A stretch of DNA of 64,000 nucleotides from Nitrososphaeria archaeon (GTDB taxonomy: Archaea > Thermoproteota > Nitrososphaeria > JACIWG01), in NCBI GenBank assembly GCA_050011875.1, contig JBEKIG010000004.1:160001-224000 (forward strand), given 5' to 3'. This document shows positions 9,591 through 20,205 of the stretch, piece after piece (position 1 is the stretch's first letter; each line of letters starts with the position of its first letter). The position numbers and the translations under genes are program-made. The notes below the pieces were generated by a model. That model was not told the origin of the DNA and searched no databases. It worked only from the letters and a program-made list of their open reading frames with translations.

Positions 9591-10012
9591 ATATCATCAC
9601 CGGGTAAGTTAACCCCAATTTCTATTAGCATAAATACTTTAATTAATTTGGGGAAAAAAAAGTTAAAGGGTAGCAACAAGAAATTATATGAGAAAAAAAG
9701 GTTTAAGGACTTTGAATAACAATTACTTTAAAACCAAGTGGATGATGGAGAATAGAGCAAACAGGGGCGCGGGGAAGACCTTATTCCTCCGGAACAATAA
9801 CCAAATATACTTTAGACCTGTATGTTATATATCACTTTCAGTTTTGTAACTAGCCAGCTTTTTCGAGGTCAACGATAAATCTAACCAAGAGCTTCCTTCA
9901 AAATTTAAACATACATAAGATAGTAAGATAACAGGGTATTTTCCCTTTGCGATCGAAGTTATCGCTGCACACAGTGACCTCGAAAGAAAACGAGACCTCT
10001 ATTGGACTGAAT

Positions 10013-10408
10013 CTACTTCAGAGGCACGTACAGACTTGAACGGGATGCACCAATGCCTGGGGTGCCGTGAACAACCTTTTTGTTTGTTATCGCGAATTCC
10101 CCGAGATAGTGGCCTATCATCTCAGGTTTTATTTCTACAGGAAAGAACTCTTTTCCGTTATGGACTTGAATGGTTGCACCGACCATGAATGGTAGAATGA
10201 TCATGTCCCTTGTATGAGTCTTTACAGGGTTCTTTTTGGGGATTTCCTTCGATTTTTTGACATCGTCGAGAAGCTTTGTCTTTTCTTTACTCAACCCCCT
10301 GTTAAGGGAACGACGCATCCGTGATGGCAGAAGACCGATGAAGGTCTCATACGACATTTCCTGCAACTGTTCAAGCGTGTAACCCCTATACTTAAACTCC
10401 TTAGGCAT
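10013..10408 (-). CDS. rps19: 30S ribosomal protein uS19
   Basis: KTHTRDMII...[11 protein letters not shown]...SLYVPLK. Confidence 0.98.
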   Translation of the reverse strand: MPKEFKYRGYTLEQLQEMSYETFIGLLPSRMRRSLNRGLSKEKTKLLDDVKKSKEIPKKNPVKTHTRDMIILPFMVGATIQVHNGKEFFPVEIKPEMIGHYLGEFAITNKKVVHGTPGIGASRSSLYVPLK

Positions 10409-10412
10409 CCTT

Positions 10413-11147
10413 CTACCTCACCTCTAACGTTCTTCTTATACGCTTCCTACCAGTTTTTCTTGGCGCTATATGACCAACTTTTCTGCCAGGTGGGGCATTT
10501 CTTGAAGTCGAAGTTGACTTTCCGGGATGCTGGTGTCTACCTCCACCGAAGGGATGGTGTACGGCAGCCATCGCAATACCTCTCATACGCGGATAGAGTT
10601 TGATCTTTGCTTCCATCAAGTGATGTTTCGCTCCAGCTTTAAGAAACGGTTTTTCTCCGAAGCCGCTTCCAGCTATTACTCCCATTGTGGCTCTACACCT
10701 CCCATCGAGTAAGATCATCTTGCCGCTTGGGAACTTTATAATACTGCCCTGAGCCGACTGCGAAAACAGTATTGCAGAGGTACCGGCAGCTTTAACTAAC
10801 TTGCCGCCATCTCCTGGATGTCTTTCAATATTACATATGGCGGAACCTTCGATGACTTCCTTAAGCATCAAAATATTACCATTTTTCATTTTGGCCTTAG
10901 GCCCCAGTTCGATATCTGAACCAACTACAGTGCCCCGGATTGCAGGAAGGTAATAGAACTTTTCTCCGATCTTCAATTGAGCCAACGGTGCCATTCTACC
11001 ACGTTCATGTTGCAGTCTCATAACTGAGCCTACAGTCTTCTCTCCGCTAATAGGCGGGTAAAGCGTCTGACTAATTTTGCCAACCTTAGGAGCACGATAC
11101 TGTGAATGTCCCATCCCTCTTCTTTGCTGAATCAACGACTTGCCCAT
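10413..11147 (-). CDS. rpl2: 50S ribosomal protein uL2
   Basis: [11 protein letters not shown]...[10 protein letters not shown]...[11 protein letters not shown]. Confidence 0.98.
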   Translation of the reverse strand: MGKSLIQQRRGMGHSQYRAPKVGKISQTLYPPISGEKTVGSVMRLQHERGRMAPLAQLKIGEKFYYLPAIRGTVVGSDIELGPKAKMKNGNILMLKEVIEGSAICNIERHPGDGGKLVKAAGTSAILFSQSAQGSIIKFPSGKMILLDGRCRATMGVIAGSGFGEKPFLKAGAKHHLMEAKIKLYPRMRGIAMAAVHHPFGGGRHQHPGKSTSTSRNAPPGRKVGHIAPRKTGRKRIRRTLEVR

Positions 11148-11159
11148 TTACAATCACCA

Positions 11160-11426
11160 CTATACTATACCGATCTTTGAAGCCAGCTCCGATGCGGGAT
11201 ACTCGTTCGCAAGGCGCACATAAGCCTTTTTCCCCTTTTTTGTAATAAGAAGGTTAACCTTTTCAACTTTGACGCTGTAAATGGTTTCCACGGCGTCTTT
11301 AACCCTATCCTTATCACCTTTCCCATCTACAATAAAAGTTAATGTATTATTGCTATTAATAAGCACAGAAGTCTTTTCAGTAACATAAGGATATTTAATG
11401 ACTTTCATGGCTTCAACCTTGTTCAT
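11160..11426 (-). CDS. rpl23: 50S ribosomal protein uL23
   Basis: YPYVTEK...KKAYVRL...LASKIG. Confidence 0.96.
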   Translation of the reverse strand: MNKVEAMKVIKYPYVTEKTSVLINSNNTLTFIVDGKGDKDRVKDAVETIYSVKVEKVNLLITKKGKKAYVRLANEYPASELASKIGIV

Positions 11427-12220
11427 GATACAACACCCTTGAACTTCTCATCCAGCTTACTTAGCGATGACTCGGTCCAAATAGCGAATCTTAAAGGATG
11501 ACCTCCAGTGACAAAGTCAAGAACTGACAGCGAAGAGACATCTACAACCTTTACGCCCGGAATGTTTCCAGCGGCGTTCATTAGACCATTTTCCTTAGAG
11601 GACACTACTATAAGAGGCCCAACTGGAACACGTTTCCCACGACCCCTTCTTCTAGCATTTCCACTTCTCTTCTTTATGCCATCCTTTATCCTCTGCATTT
11701 CTTCATCCAACCCCCAGAGCTTAAAGGCGTTGATGACATCCTTGACCTTCGTAACCTGCTCAAAGTCTGACGTGACAATGAATGGGAATGAGGGAACATT
11801 CTGAACTTTGTGGCCTCTATTCTCCGCAACCTCCTTCAAAGAAGTAGCTGAGATTGCAGATGCTAAGGCCAGCAATCGTTCTTTCTTGTTAACTTTCCTA
11901 TAGATAACTTTCTCAGCCTTCAATGGATGAGGCAACCTACCCTTAACAACACTTGCAACACCAGCCGCCTGACCGGATCTGCTGTATCTTTCACCCTTAA
12001 CCCGTGGAACCCTTGCTACACCTCTGCCGGTTTGCCAAGAAATAGCGGAAGTCTTCTCACCAGCCTGTGGATCTCTTCCTTCAGGCTGCAGAGAATGAGT
12101 CCACTGCGCAAGATACACATTGTGTATTACATCTGGTCTGTAGCGTACTGTGAAAACCATAGGAAGGGATATCTGAGACTTCTCGGAACCGTCAAGACCG
12201 TAAACTGGAACTTCCGGCAT
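11423..12220 (-). CDS. rpl4: 50S ribosomal protein uL4
   Basis: RPDVI...TGRGVARVPR...KVNKKER. Confidence 0.97.
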   Translation of the reverse strand: MPEVPVYGLDGSEKSQISLPMVFTVRYRPDVIHNVYLAQWTHSLQPEGRDPQAGEKTSAISWQTGRGVARVPRVKGERYSRSGQAAGVASVVKGRLPHPLKAEKVIYRKVNKKERLLALASAISATSLKEVAENRGHKVQNVPSFPFIVTSDFEQVTKVKDVINAFKLWGLDEEMQRIKDGIKKRSGNARRRGRGKRVPVGPLIVVSSKENGLMNAAGNIPGVKVVDVSSLSVLDFVTGGHPLRFAIWTESSLSKLDEKFKGVVS

Positions 12221-13245
12221 TACGCAGCACCCTTAATCGCAATAGGCGATACACTCATCTGAATGATCTTAGGAGCCACAGGTTTTTCTGCTCTCTTTCT
12301 AATAGCAAACCTCATTACAACCGGACGTTTAGGCGGCCCCTGAACACTACCATCAATGATTAAATAATCGCCTTTAACGACACCAAAGTGTTCAAAACCT
12401 CCTTTAGGATTAAACATCGTGTCTGCGCTAGTGGAATCAGCTAATAGAACCCTCTTGCCATATTCCACCCTTTGACTGAAACCCATCTGTCCTGCTCTGG
12501 CAACAGTGTAAACCACAGTAGCTGGATGCCATGGGCCAATGCATCCGACAGCTCTAACACTCTTTCTTGACTTGTGCTGTTTCTTCTTTATACCGAACCT
12601 TTTAACTGGGCCTTGGAAGCCCTTGCCTCTGGTTATTCCTATTGTGTCAATATATTCTCCTGGTCTGAAAACGTCTTTAGCGCGTATTTGACTACCGAGT
12701 ATCGATTTTGCGTAATCCAATCTTTCCTTAAGGGATTTACCGCCACCAACTTCTACTTCATAGATGATGGGATTCTTCTGGGGCAGATTAGCTTGTGAGG
12801 GTTCAGCGCCCACAAAAATCATAACACGTTTAGTCTTTTCAGCAAAACTATCTAAAGCATTAACATCGAACTTCTTCTTCAAACAACCTTTTGGCAGCAC
12901 ACGCTCATAGACCTTTGGAAGCTTGTCAGAATAAACTTCAGTGAGCGCATATTCACCATAAACATCCTTACCATACAATCTTATTCCACAAACAGTTAAT
13001 GGAGGAGAAGCAACAATTGTTGTAACTCTGAAGACTGGTTTACCAAAAGTTGGAGTCTTGGGATTATCTCCTGTGACAATGGCATGTGTCGTGCCAGCTT
13101 TGAAGCCAATAAAACCCAATAAGATAGGCTTAGGGCTGTCAATGTCGGCCCAGTTCTTTACACGCGGTGTGATATCACCAGCCCTTCCTCTTGGGCGAAA
13201 AGCCAGCGAACCATGTCTCGGAGCACTCTGCTTTCTATGTCCCAC
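12220..13245 (-). CDS. rpl3: 50S ribosomal protein uL3
   Basis: APRHGSLAFRPR...GKGFQGPVKRFG...RAGQMG. Confidence 0.98.
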   Translation of the reverse strand: MGHRKQSAPRHGSLAFRPRGRAGDITPRVKNWADIDSPKPILLGFIGFKAGTTHAIVTGDNPKTPTFGKPVFRVTTIVASPPLTVCGIRLYGKDVYGEYALTEVYSDKLPKVYERVLPKGCLKKKFDVNALDSFAEKTKRVMIFVGAEPSQANLPQKNPIIYEVEVGGGKSLKERLDYAKSILGSQIRAKDVFRPGEYIDTIGITRGKGFQGPVKRFGIKKKQHKSRKSVRAVGCIGPWHPATVVYTVARAGQMGFSQRVEYGKRVLLADSTSADTMFNPKGGFEHFGVVKGDYLIIDGSVQGPPKRPVVMRFAIRKRAEKPVAPKIIQMSVSPIAIKGAA

Positions 13246-13300
13246 AGTGAATCACTTGCGTATCTTACCATTTCTAAAGTGTTTTTAAAGGTTTACCTTT

Positions 13301-14155
13301 TTATCCTCGAACTTTCTGGATCAAATTGATTATTGAGAGAGAGATAAGTATTGCTTCTTCAGACCTTACCGTCACTGTGCCCTGCCCTGGCACGAAGTTT
13401 AATGAAAAATCAGCCACTTTTTCCGGTGTCATATTCTCCTCCTTTAAAATGTCATAGAGACCCTTTCTCGGCGAACCAAAGATCAGGGCAATGCTATCAA
13501 CTTGCTTTGTGGCCCTACATAATTCTCCAAAATTCTCCTCTGCAGGCGCACCTAACCTCGATGTGATAATTTTGAGTCCGCTGAAACCACTTTTCAGAGC
13601 ACGCCCAATGGCACCAACCCTAATCACCTTGTAACCCCAATATTCCTTGATTTCCCCAGCAAAAGCCCGCCTACATAATATTTCAGGGGTGAGTTCTTGC
13701 ACGACAGCAGTTATACGTTCACCTTCGAAACCATGGCCATCATACTTGATAAGAGACTTTAGACCAACGTCAACGTAATTGATACCACTCTTCTTTAGGA
13801 CAACACCCTCCCTAACATCACCGACCTTAAGGTCCTCTAGATGAATGTACGGCTTGTGATGAGGAGTTCGAAGTGGAGGAAGAATCCCCGCTTCCCTAAG
13901 ATTTTCATTCTTTGGGAAAAGATGCTTTCTGAGATACTGGGGGGTCTCCGCATACTCTAGGATAAGTTTCATGATCTTGAAGTCCTGCTCAAAGGGCCCA
14001 ATTTCTTTGTAGATGTAGATCTTTTCCACTTTGAAGATCGAACAAGATCTTGCTATCGAGCCCAGCTTGAGAGTCTTATCCCTCAGATTTGACTCCTCAC
14101 AGAGGATAGAATCTGGGATATAGATTGATAGGACCATGTCAAGCATGGCTAACAC
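13301..14155 (-). CDS. SPOUT-class RNA methyltransferase (MTH1/DUF171 family)
   Basis: YAETPQYLRK, GILPPLRTPHH, FGSPRKGL, PGQGTVTVRSEEA; typical position upstream of rpl3. Confidence 0.9.
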   Translation of the reverse strand: MLAMLDMVLSIYIPDSILCEESNLRDKTLKLGSIARSCSIFKVEKIYIYKEIGPFEQDFKIMKLILEYAETPQYLRKHLFPKNENLREAGILPPLRTPHHKPYIHLEDLKVGDVREGVVLKKSGINYVDVGLKSLIKYDGHGFEGERITAVVQELTPEILCRRAFAGEIKEYWGYKVIRVGAIGRALKSGFSGLKIITSRLGAPAEENFGELCRATKQVDSIALIFGSPRKGLYDILKEENMTPEKVADFSLNFVPGQGTVTVRSEEAILISLSIINLIQKVRG

Positions 14156-14195
14156 TTAATATTATATATGCTGTACTATGTGGCTTAGTCGATAA

Positions 14196-14579
14196 ATGAT
14201 GTCAGAAGAGGATAACGAACTAAGGATACTTAAAGCAAGGAGGTACGCGGAGCTGGCGAAAAAACTGAAAGTGCAGACTAAAGTAACAAAGGTGAAGACG
14301 CCAAGGGACATATTGCTGGAACAATTGACAGACAGAGGGGACGAAGTCCTTTTCAAAGCAGAACAGAGTTATCCTAAGGAGATGCAGATTGTCGAAGAAA
14401 AACTTGCTGAACTCATCCGAACAGGTGAGATAAATCAGAAGATAAAAGGAGGCCAACTACTACAGCTTCTGAGGATGCTAGGTTTGAACGTGGCAATTGA
14501 GACTAAGATCGAATTCTATGAAGATGGGGAGTTTATATCCTTCCAGGATAAAGTTAAGAAGTCCATTGAGAAAGGTTAG
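14196..14579 (+). CDS. PDCD5-like double-stranded DNA-binding domain protein
   Basis: DNELRILKARRYAEL...QLTDRGDEVL...IKGGQLLQLLR pattern. Confidence 0.7.
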   Translation: MMSEEDNELRILKARRYAELAKKLKVQTKVTKVKTPRDILLEQLTDRGDEVLFKAEQSYPKEMQIVEEKLAELIRTGEINQKIKGGQLLQLLRMLGLNVAIETKIEFYEDGEFISFQDKVKKSIEKG

Positions 14580-14734
14580 AATTTTTTCATGCGCTCTTTC
14601 CTTACAGATTTTGTGGAGCTTCGCCTGTCCTTTCATAAACAGTCCTTAACAAAATCCTCACATTAGAAAGTTCTCAGCCATCATTCTTTATACTATGCTG
14701 TTAATAATTTAAACAAAAAAGAAAATGTTTTCAT

Positions 14735-15766
14735 TTATTGTTTGATACGGTTCATGGCCTTTTCAGCGATGGCTTTTGCCATTCCAAGAGTGGAAGCGTT
14801 TCCTCCTAAATCGTATGTCACGCTCTTTTTTTCGGCAATCACTTCTTCTGTTGCATCAAAGATTGCTTTGCCAGGCGCCATTTCACCGAGGTACATCAAC
14901 ATCCATGCGGCTGAGAGTATCATAGCTGTTGGATTAACTTTGTACAAGCCCTTATATTTCGGAGCGCTACCGTGAGCAGGCTCAAATAAGGCATAACCAT
15001 CCCCGAAGTTTGCAGAGTATATGCATCCAATGCTACCTACAAGACCGGAAGCTTCCTCAGATATGATGTCCATGAACAGGTTTGAGCCCAGTATGATGTT
15101 CTGATTGAATCTTTGTGGGTTCTTAACAAGCTGCTGGGACATATTGTCAATATAATATTCTTCAAATTCTATCCCTCGAAAACTCTTGGAAATCTTGTCA
15201 ACAGATTCCATAAAGATTCCATCGCATTCTCTCATTATATTCCGTTTTGTGACAACAACTATCTTAGTCCACCCTCTTTCTTCGGCGAGCTCGAATGCCT
15301 TTCTTGCAACCTTTTCAGACTGTTTTCTGGTAATCTTTCTTATAGCAATTGCAGCATCATCGCCGATTTTATGCTCTAAGCCACTATAGAGACCTTCAGT
15401 GGTTTCTCTAACACATACAAAATCGACTTCACCAAGGGGGCCTATGAAGCCCTTGAATGTTTTAATAGGTCTGACATTTGCGTAAAGGTCAAATTTCTGT
15501 CGAATACTGACGACGACGCTCCTAGGGGCGCCACTTATCGATGGCGTGGTCAAAGGCGCCTTCAGGCACACATCTGCTTTCTTAAGCTTTTCCCATGTTT
15601 CGTTGGGGATAAATGATTCTCCTCCATGAGTCTGCCACCATTCGTATCCCGCATCGCATTCAACAAAATCAATCTTCGGTTTTACAGAGTCAAAAACGAT
15701 CTGTACTGCTTCAATTAGCTCAGGACCTACTCCGTCACCCTTAATTAATGCAACTTGCTTAGCCAA
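14735..15766 (-). CDS. Isocitrate/isopropylmalate dehydrogenase family
   Basis: GDGVGPE, DLYANVRP, RETTEGLY, FEPAHGSAP, TYDLGG. Confidence 0.95.
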   Translation of the reverse strand: MAKQVALIKGDGVGPELIEAVQIVFDSVKPKIDFVECDAGYEWWQTHGGESFIPNETWEKLKKADVCLKAPLTTPSISGAPRSVVVSIRQKFDLYANVRPIKTFKGFIGPLGEVDFVCVRETTEGLYSGLEHKIGDDAAIAIRKITRKQSEKVARKAFELAEERGWTKIVVVTKRNIMRECDGIFMESVDKISKSFRGIEFEEYYIDNMSQQLVKNPQRFNQNIILGSNLFMDIISEEASGLVGSIGCIYSANFGDGYALFEPAHGSAPKYKGLYKVNPTAMILSAAWMLMYLGEMAPGKAIFDATEEVIAEKKSVTYDLGGNASTLGMAKAIAEKAMNRIKQ

Positions 15767-16086
15767 CTATATACACTATAAGAGCTACGTATAGTTGTCA
15801 ATTAAATCTTTCGCATAACCTGATTATAAAATTTTAACTCCAAAACCAGTCGCAACAAAAAACAAGATTTCATGTGAGAACCAAATTTTCATGACATCGA
15901 AGTAATGACGTAAATAATGCATATGTTGGATTTCAAATAAATGAAGATAAAGGAATGGATTTAGTTACGCCTTTAATCACATTAAATTGTAAAAAAAGCG
16001 GCTGCTACACTTGGAGGTCGTTCTAATGTTAGAACAATTCGTTCAAATTATAGTATTATCTCTACTACCATACATCACATAAAGCG

Positions 16087-16851
16087 ATGGAAATGAACAA
16101 AGGACAAAAGATAGTGACAATCTCTATATTAGCGCTTGCGATAGTTCTTATATCAAGCTCCTTATATCCAATACTAGCTAGCGCTCCGACCACTGACACA
16201 AATATACCGGCGGAACACACTATTTCAGTTACTGGAACAGGGGATGTCAAAGTCAACCCTGACCTAGCAATAATCCTGTCCAGCGCAGTTACAAAAGGAA
16301 ATACAACAAACGATGCGGTAGCGATGAATTCTGAAATCCTCAACAACCTTTTAGAAAGATTAACAGGAATAGACATAACAAAAGACCAGATACAGACAAC
16401 TGGTTACAACATCTACCCAGTCTACGAGTATCCAAAGGACAACAGTCAACCCTACATAGTGGGATACACAGTTCAACACAACCTCGAGGTGTCAGTTAAT
16501 AATACAGATGTAACACAACTAGGAGTGACCGCAGGAAATGTAATCGATGAGGCAGTTACCGCTGGCATAAACCAGGTATCGGGAGTACAGTTCACCATAT
16601 CAGAGCAAAGCCTTAAGCAGTTAAATAGTCAAGCACTACAATTAGCAATATCCGAAGCTTCGGATAAAGCAAACATTACAGCTAAAGCATTAGATGTTAA
16701 GATCGTCGGTATACAGTCAGCTTGTGAGAGTTCACCGACTCCAAATCCTGTCTTCAACACAGTAGACACAAAGCAAGGACAAGGAACAACATTTATCCCA
16801 GGAGCAGTCACCATATCAACTTCGATAAATATTGTATATATCATAGGCTAG
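16087..16851 (+). CDS. SIMPL (DUF541/BP26/YggE) domain secreted protein
   Basis: N-terminal signal/TM; TISVTGTGDVKVNPDLA, IQTTGYNIYPVY, GINQVSGVQF. Confidence 0.9.
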   Translation: MEMNKGQKIVTISILALAIVLISSSLYPILASAPTTDTNIPAEHTISVTGTGDVKVNPDLAIILSSAVTKGNTTNDAVAMNSEILNNLLERLTGIDITKDQIQTTGYNIYPVYEYPKDNSQPYIVGYTVQHNLEVSVNNTDVTQLGVTAGNVIDEAVTAGINQVSGVQFTISEQSLKQLNSQALQLAISEASDKANITAKALDVKIVGIQSACESSPTPNPVFNTVDTKQGQGTTFIPGAVTISTSINIVYIIG

Positions 16852-16907
16852 CAAAAACCTAACCATTCATCAATGAAGGCAAATTGGATGATAAGGCCTT
16901 CCCTCCC

Positions 16908-16933
16908 TTTTTATTAACGGGCATTAATAAAAA
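16908..16933. terminator. 10-bp perfect inverted repeat between convergent genes; possible bidirectional terminator
   Basis: TTTTTATTAA-cgggca-TTAATAAAAA. Confidence 0.4.
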
Positions 16934-17112
16934 ATGATCCTGCAGCTAAGGGTAAACAAAAAACACTTTTTGATTTGAACAAAAATGAAAACATATTTCA
17001 TACAACAAATTCGTAATAAAAGAAGGAAAATTTATCGATGATAAAGGCATAAAACCAAGGCAGACAAACATATAGCTGAGTAGAGAGAAAAGATAGAGTT
17101 CAATAAGGAGTT

Positions 17113-19902
17113 CTAAACTTTTTGTTTTATACTTCTTCTACGGAGTATTGCCTTTCTTATTTCTTCTAAGATGAATATTACCGGCGCAAAACTATAGAGG
17201 TAGATCCAGTCGGATAAAGAAAGAGGTGTCGTTCCAAATAGGATATTGAAGAATGGCACATAAACTATAGTTATCATTATAGCTAATGATGAGACGATTC
17301 CTATTAAGATCCATTTATTTCTTAATGGGCTTAATTTGTAAGCAGGTTCCAAATTGGTCCTCGCAGCCAGAAGGGTTCCAAGTTGTCCAGCTATTATTCC
17401 TACCATGACCATGGTTGTGCCTTTAGAATATAGTAAAGGATTAGTAACTGTATTTTGACCTAAAGACCATCCTGCTTGGGACCACTTGTTAAATGCGTTT
17501 AACATAGCCCATAAGGAGATAAGTAAGCCAACATAAAACGCGTGAAATAATGTTTTAAAATCAATTAGCCTAGTTCCTAGACGCCTTGGAGGCTTAAGCA
17601 TAACATGAGGTTTGGGAGGTTCAAGGGTGATGGCAAGGGATGGAAGAAGATCCATGCCTAGATCTATCGCTAAAACTTGGGATACAAGAAGGGGTAACGG
17701 AATATTGAATAATATAAAAGCGATGAATGTGATCAGTTCAGCCATATTATGTACAAATACATAGTAAACGAATCGCTTCAGGTTATCGAATACTGATCGC
17801 CCAAGCTCTATTCCTTTAACGATAGACACGAAGTTATCATCTAAGAGAACCATATCAGCTGATTCCCTTGCGACATCTGTTCCAGTTAGGCCCATGGCGA
17901 TTCCCACATGAGCTTCTAATAGGGCTGGCGAGTCATTTACTCCGTCCCCTGTGACAGAGACTATTTCACCCTTGGATTTTAGAATGCGAACAATTCTTAG
18001 TTTCTGCTCAGGAGCCGTGCGTGCGAATACGATTTCGCGTACATCCAAGACCTTTGAAAGCTCGACATCAGATAACCTTGTAAGATCGAGACCCGAAACT
18101 ACGATATAGTTAGGCGAAGTCAAGATGCCAACCCTTTTTGCAATCGCTTCAGCTGTAAGCTCGTAATCGCCGGTGATCATGATTACTCTCATTCCAGCAC
18201 CCCTCGCTTTCTCCACTGCCTTTTCAACATCCGGCCTGGGAGGATCATGCAGGGCAACTAATCCCAAAAAGACTAGATCCTTCTCAATCGCTTCAGATTG
18301 AAAATCTTTTAAATCGTTCGGCAGAACCTTCATCGCTAGCGCAAGCACCCTAAAAGCTTCAGCAGCAAATTGATTTATCTGACGATTTATTATCTCCCCC
18401 ATACCTGCATCTAATTCAATTACATCATTGTTGAAAAATATTTTAGTACATTTCGATAAGACCTCAAACGGAGCACCTTTTGTGTAGGCTGTGATTTCAC
18501 CTTTAACATTCTTATGCACACTTGTCATCATCTTTCTTTTTGAATCAAAAGGAATCAGAAAGATTCTGGGATTTTCAGCTAGGGCGAGTCTTAGGTTAAA
18601 GTCTCCCTTTGCCGAAAGAACTAGGAGGGCAGCGTCTGTCGTGTCCCCAATCGCTGTCCACTTTGGAATTCTATCGGATGGAGGAATTAGCTGAGCGTTG
18701 TTTGCAAAAGCTGCTGCTTCAAAAATTCTTAGAATATGAGGCATCTCTAGTGAGTTTGTCTTCCTTCCATCGATCGTGACGAAACCTTCGGGTTTATAGC
18801 CGTCTCCTGTGACTTCAAAAATGTGTCCAGAAGCCCAACCTTTCTTAACGAACATTTCACCGCTTGTTATCGTCCCCGTTTTGTCAACACATATTACTGT
18901 AGTTGAGCCAAGAGTTTCGACCGCTGATAAACGCTTGACGACGACCTTTACCTTCGACATCGCGACAGCACCAAGAGCTAGTGCTAGCGAGACTGTAACC
19001 TGAAACCCTTCAGGAACAAGAGAGACCATAACACCTATCGAAAACAGCATACTCTGTATTAGTGTTAGTTTCAGAAAAGACAACGATATTACAAAGAATA
19101 ATCCAGCAACAGCTATTGCGACTAGAAAGTTGATCCTTGCCGTATAATTTATTTCCTTTTGCAATGGGCTCAAAGGATCCTTTATTTCTCGTGCAATAGA
19201 CACTATTCTGCCAAATTCAGTATTTTTCCCCGTAGAGACAACTATACCCTTTGCAAAACCCGAGGAAATAGTAGTTCCGGCAAAAACAATATTACCATAA
19301 TCTGAAATATCTCCTTCAGAAATATTTGGTAGTGCTTCAACGAATCTTCTTTGAGGCTCTGATTCGCCGGTTAGGACAGAATTGTCAACAGCGACTTCAA
19401 ACATCGTAGTCAGTCTTATATCTGCTGGAACTCTATCGCCTTCCTCAAGCATTATCAAGTCACCCGGAACCACCCCCGAAGCAGGGATTTGTATCGTAAA
19501 ATTTCGTCTTACAACTTTCGCGCGTTCAGGAACCAATTTTTTAAGCGCTTCAACAGCTTTTTCCGCTCTAAATTCTTGGAAAACACTAAAGACTGAATTA
19601 ATTATTACAACTAAGAAAATGGCGACACTTATCTGAATCGAACCTACGTTCTTATATAATAAACCGCTTAAGAATGAGAGAAGTGAAGCAAAAAGAAGAA
19701 GAACATTAAAAAGGTTCTCGAACTCTTTTAGAAACCTTATAACGATATTAACCTTTTTGGTAGAAGGAAATATGTTATGCCCATATTTATCTAATCTCTC
19801 TTCAGCTTCTTCATTAGAAAGTCCTGAAGGACTTGTACCAAATTCTTTGTAAAGTTCCTCCACACTTAAGGAGGCAGCTCGCTTGTAAGACAAAACAGGC
19901 AC
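17113..19902 (-). CDS. P-type (class II) cation-transporting ATPase
   Basis: TGES, PEG, DKTGT, KGAP, TGDGVNDSPAL motifs; ~10 TM segments. Confidence 0.96.
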   Translation of the reverse strand: MPVLSYKRAASLSVEELYKEFGTSPSGLSNEEAEERLDKYGHNIFPSTKKVNIVIRFLKEFENLFNVLLLFASLLSFLSGLLYKNVGSIQISVAIFLVVIINSVFSVFQEFRAEKAVEALKKLVPERAKVVRRNFTIQIPASGVVPGDLIMLEEGDRVPADIRLTTMFEVAVDNSVLTGESEPQRRFVEALPNISEGDISDYGNIVFAGTTISSGFAKGIVVSTGKNTEFGRIVSIAREIKDPLSPLQKEINYTARINFLVAIAVAGLFFVISLSFLKLTLIQSMLFSIGVMVSLVPEGFQVTVSLALALGAVAMSKVKVVVKRLSAVETLGSTTVICVDKTGTITSGEMFVKKGWASGHIFEVTGDGYKPEGFVTIDGRKTNSLEMPHILRIFEAAAFANNAQLIPPSDRIPKWTAIGDTTDAALLVLSAKGDFNLRLALAENPRIFLIPFDSKRKMMTSVHKNVKGEITAYTKGAPFEVLSKCTKIFFNNDVIELDAGMGEIINRQINQFAAEAFRVLALAMKVLPNDLKDFQSEAIEKDLVFLGLVALHDPPRPDVEKAVEKARGAGMRVIMITGDYELTAEAIAKRVGILTSPNYIVVSGLDLTRLSDVELSKVLDVREIVFARTAPEQKLRIVRILKSKGEIVSVTGDGVNDSPALLEAHVGIAMGLTGTDVARESADMVLLDDNFVSIVKGIELGRSVFDNLKRFVYYVFVHNMAELITFIAFILFNIPLPLLVSQVLAIDLGMDLLPSLAITLEPPKPHVMLKPPRRLGTRLIDFKTLFHAFYVGLLISLWAMLNAFNKWSQAGWSLGQNTVTNPLLYSKGTTMVMVGIIAGQLGTLLAARTNLEPAYKLSPLRNKWILIGIVSSLAIMITIVYVPFFNILFGTTPLSLSDWIYLYSFAPVIFILEEIRKAILRRRSIKQKV

Positions 19903-20205
19903 CCAAGGTTATAAACTCCCGATGCCCAACTCCATAAAAGGCCTATTTAACTATTTAGTAGGTTAACACAATTGAAAACATGCGAAACCATTTTTGATCC
20001 ACACCGGTTACAACACTCTAATCGGCTCTTTTGAATTCTCTGAACCAAGTTAATTAGTTAAAGACAATGTTAAGTATCATATCAGAGTGTTAAAGAAAAA
20101 ATATTAGGTTAAAGCATGCTTTAATGTCAAATAGTTTGGCAAAGAAGTAAAATAATACTACGGAATAAAAATAAATTTATATAGATTCGGCGAAAATTAG
20201 GAAGC

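Noticed and set aside
695-13566. Many + strand ORFs (60-180 aa) opposite ribosomal protein genes
   Set aside because: Antisense shadows of strongly supported genes with no motifs; the same applies to shadow ORFs elsewhere in the window
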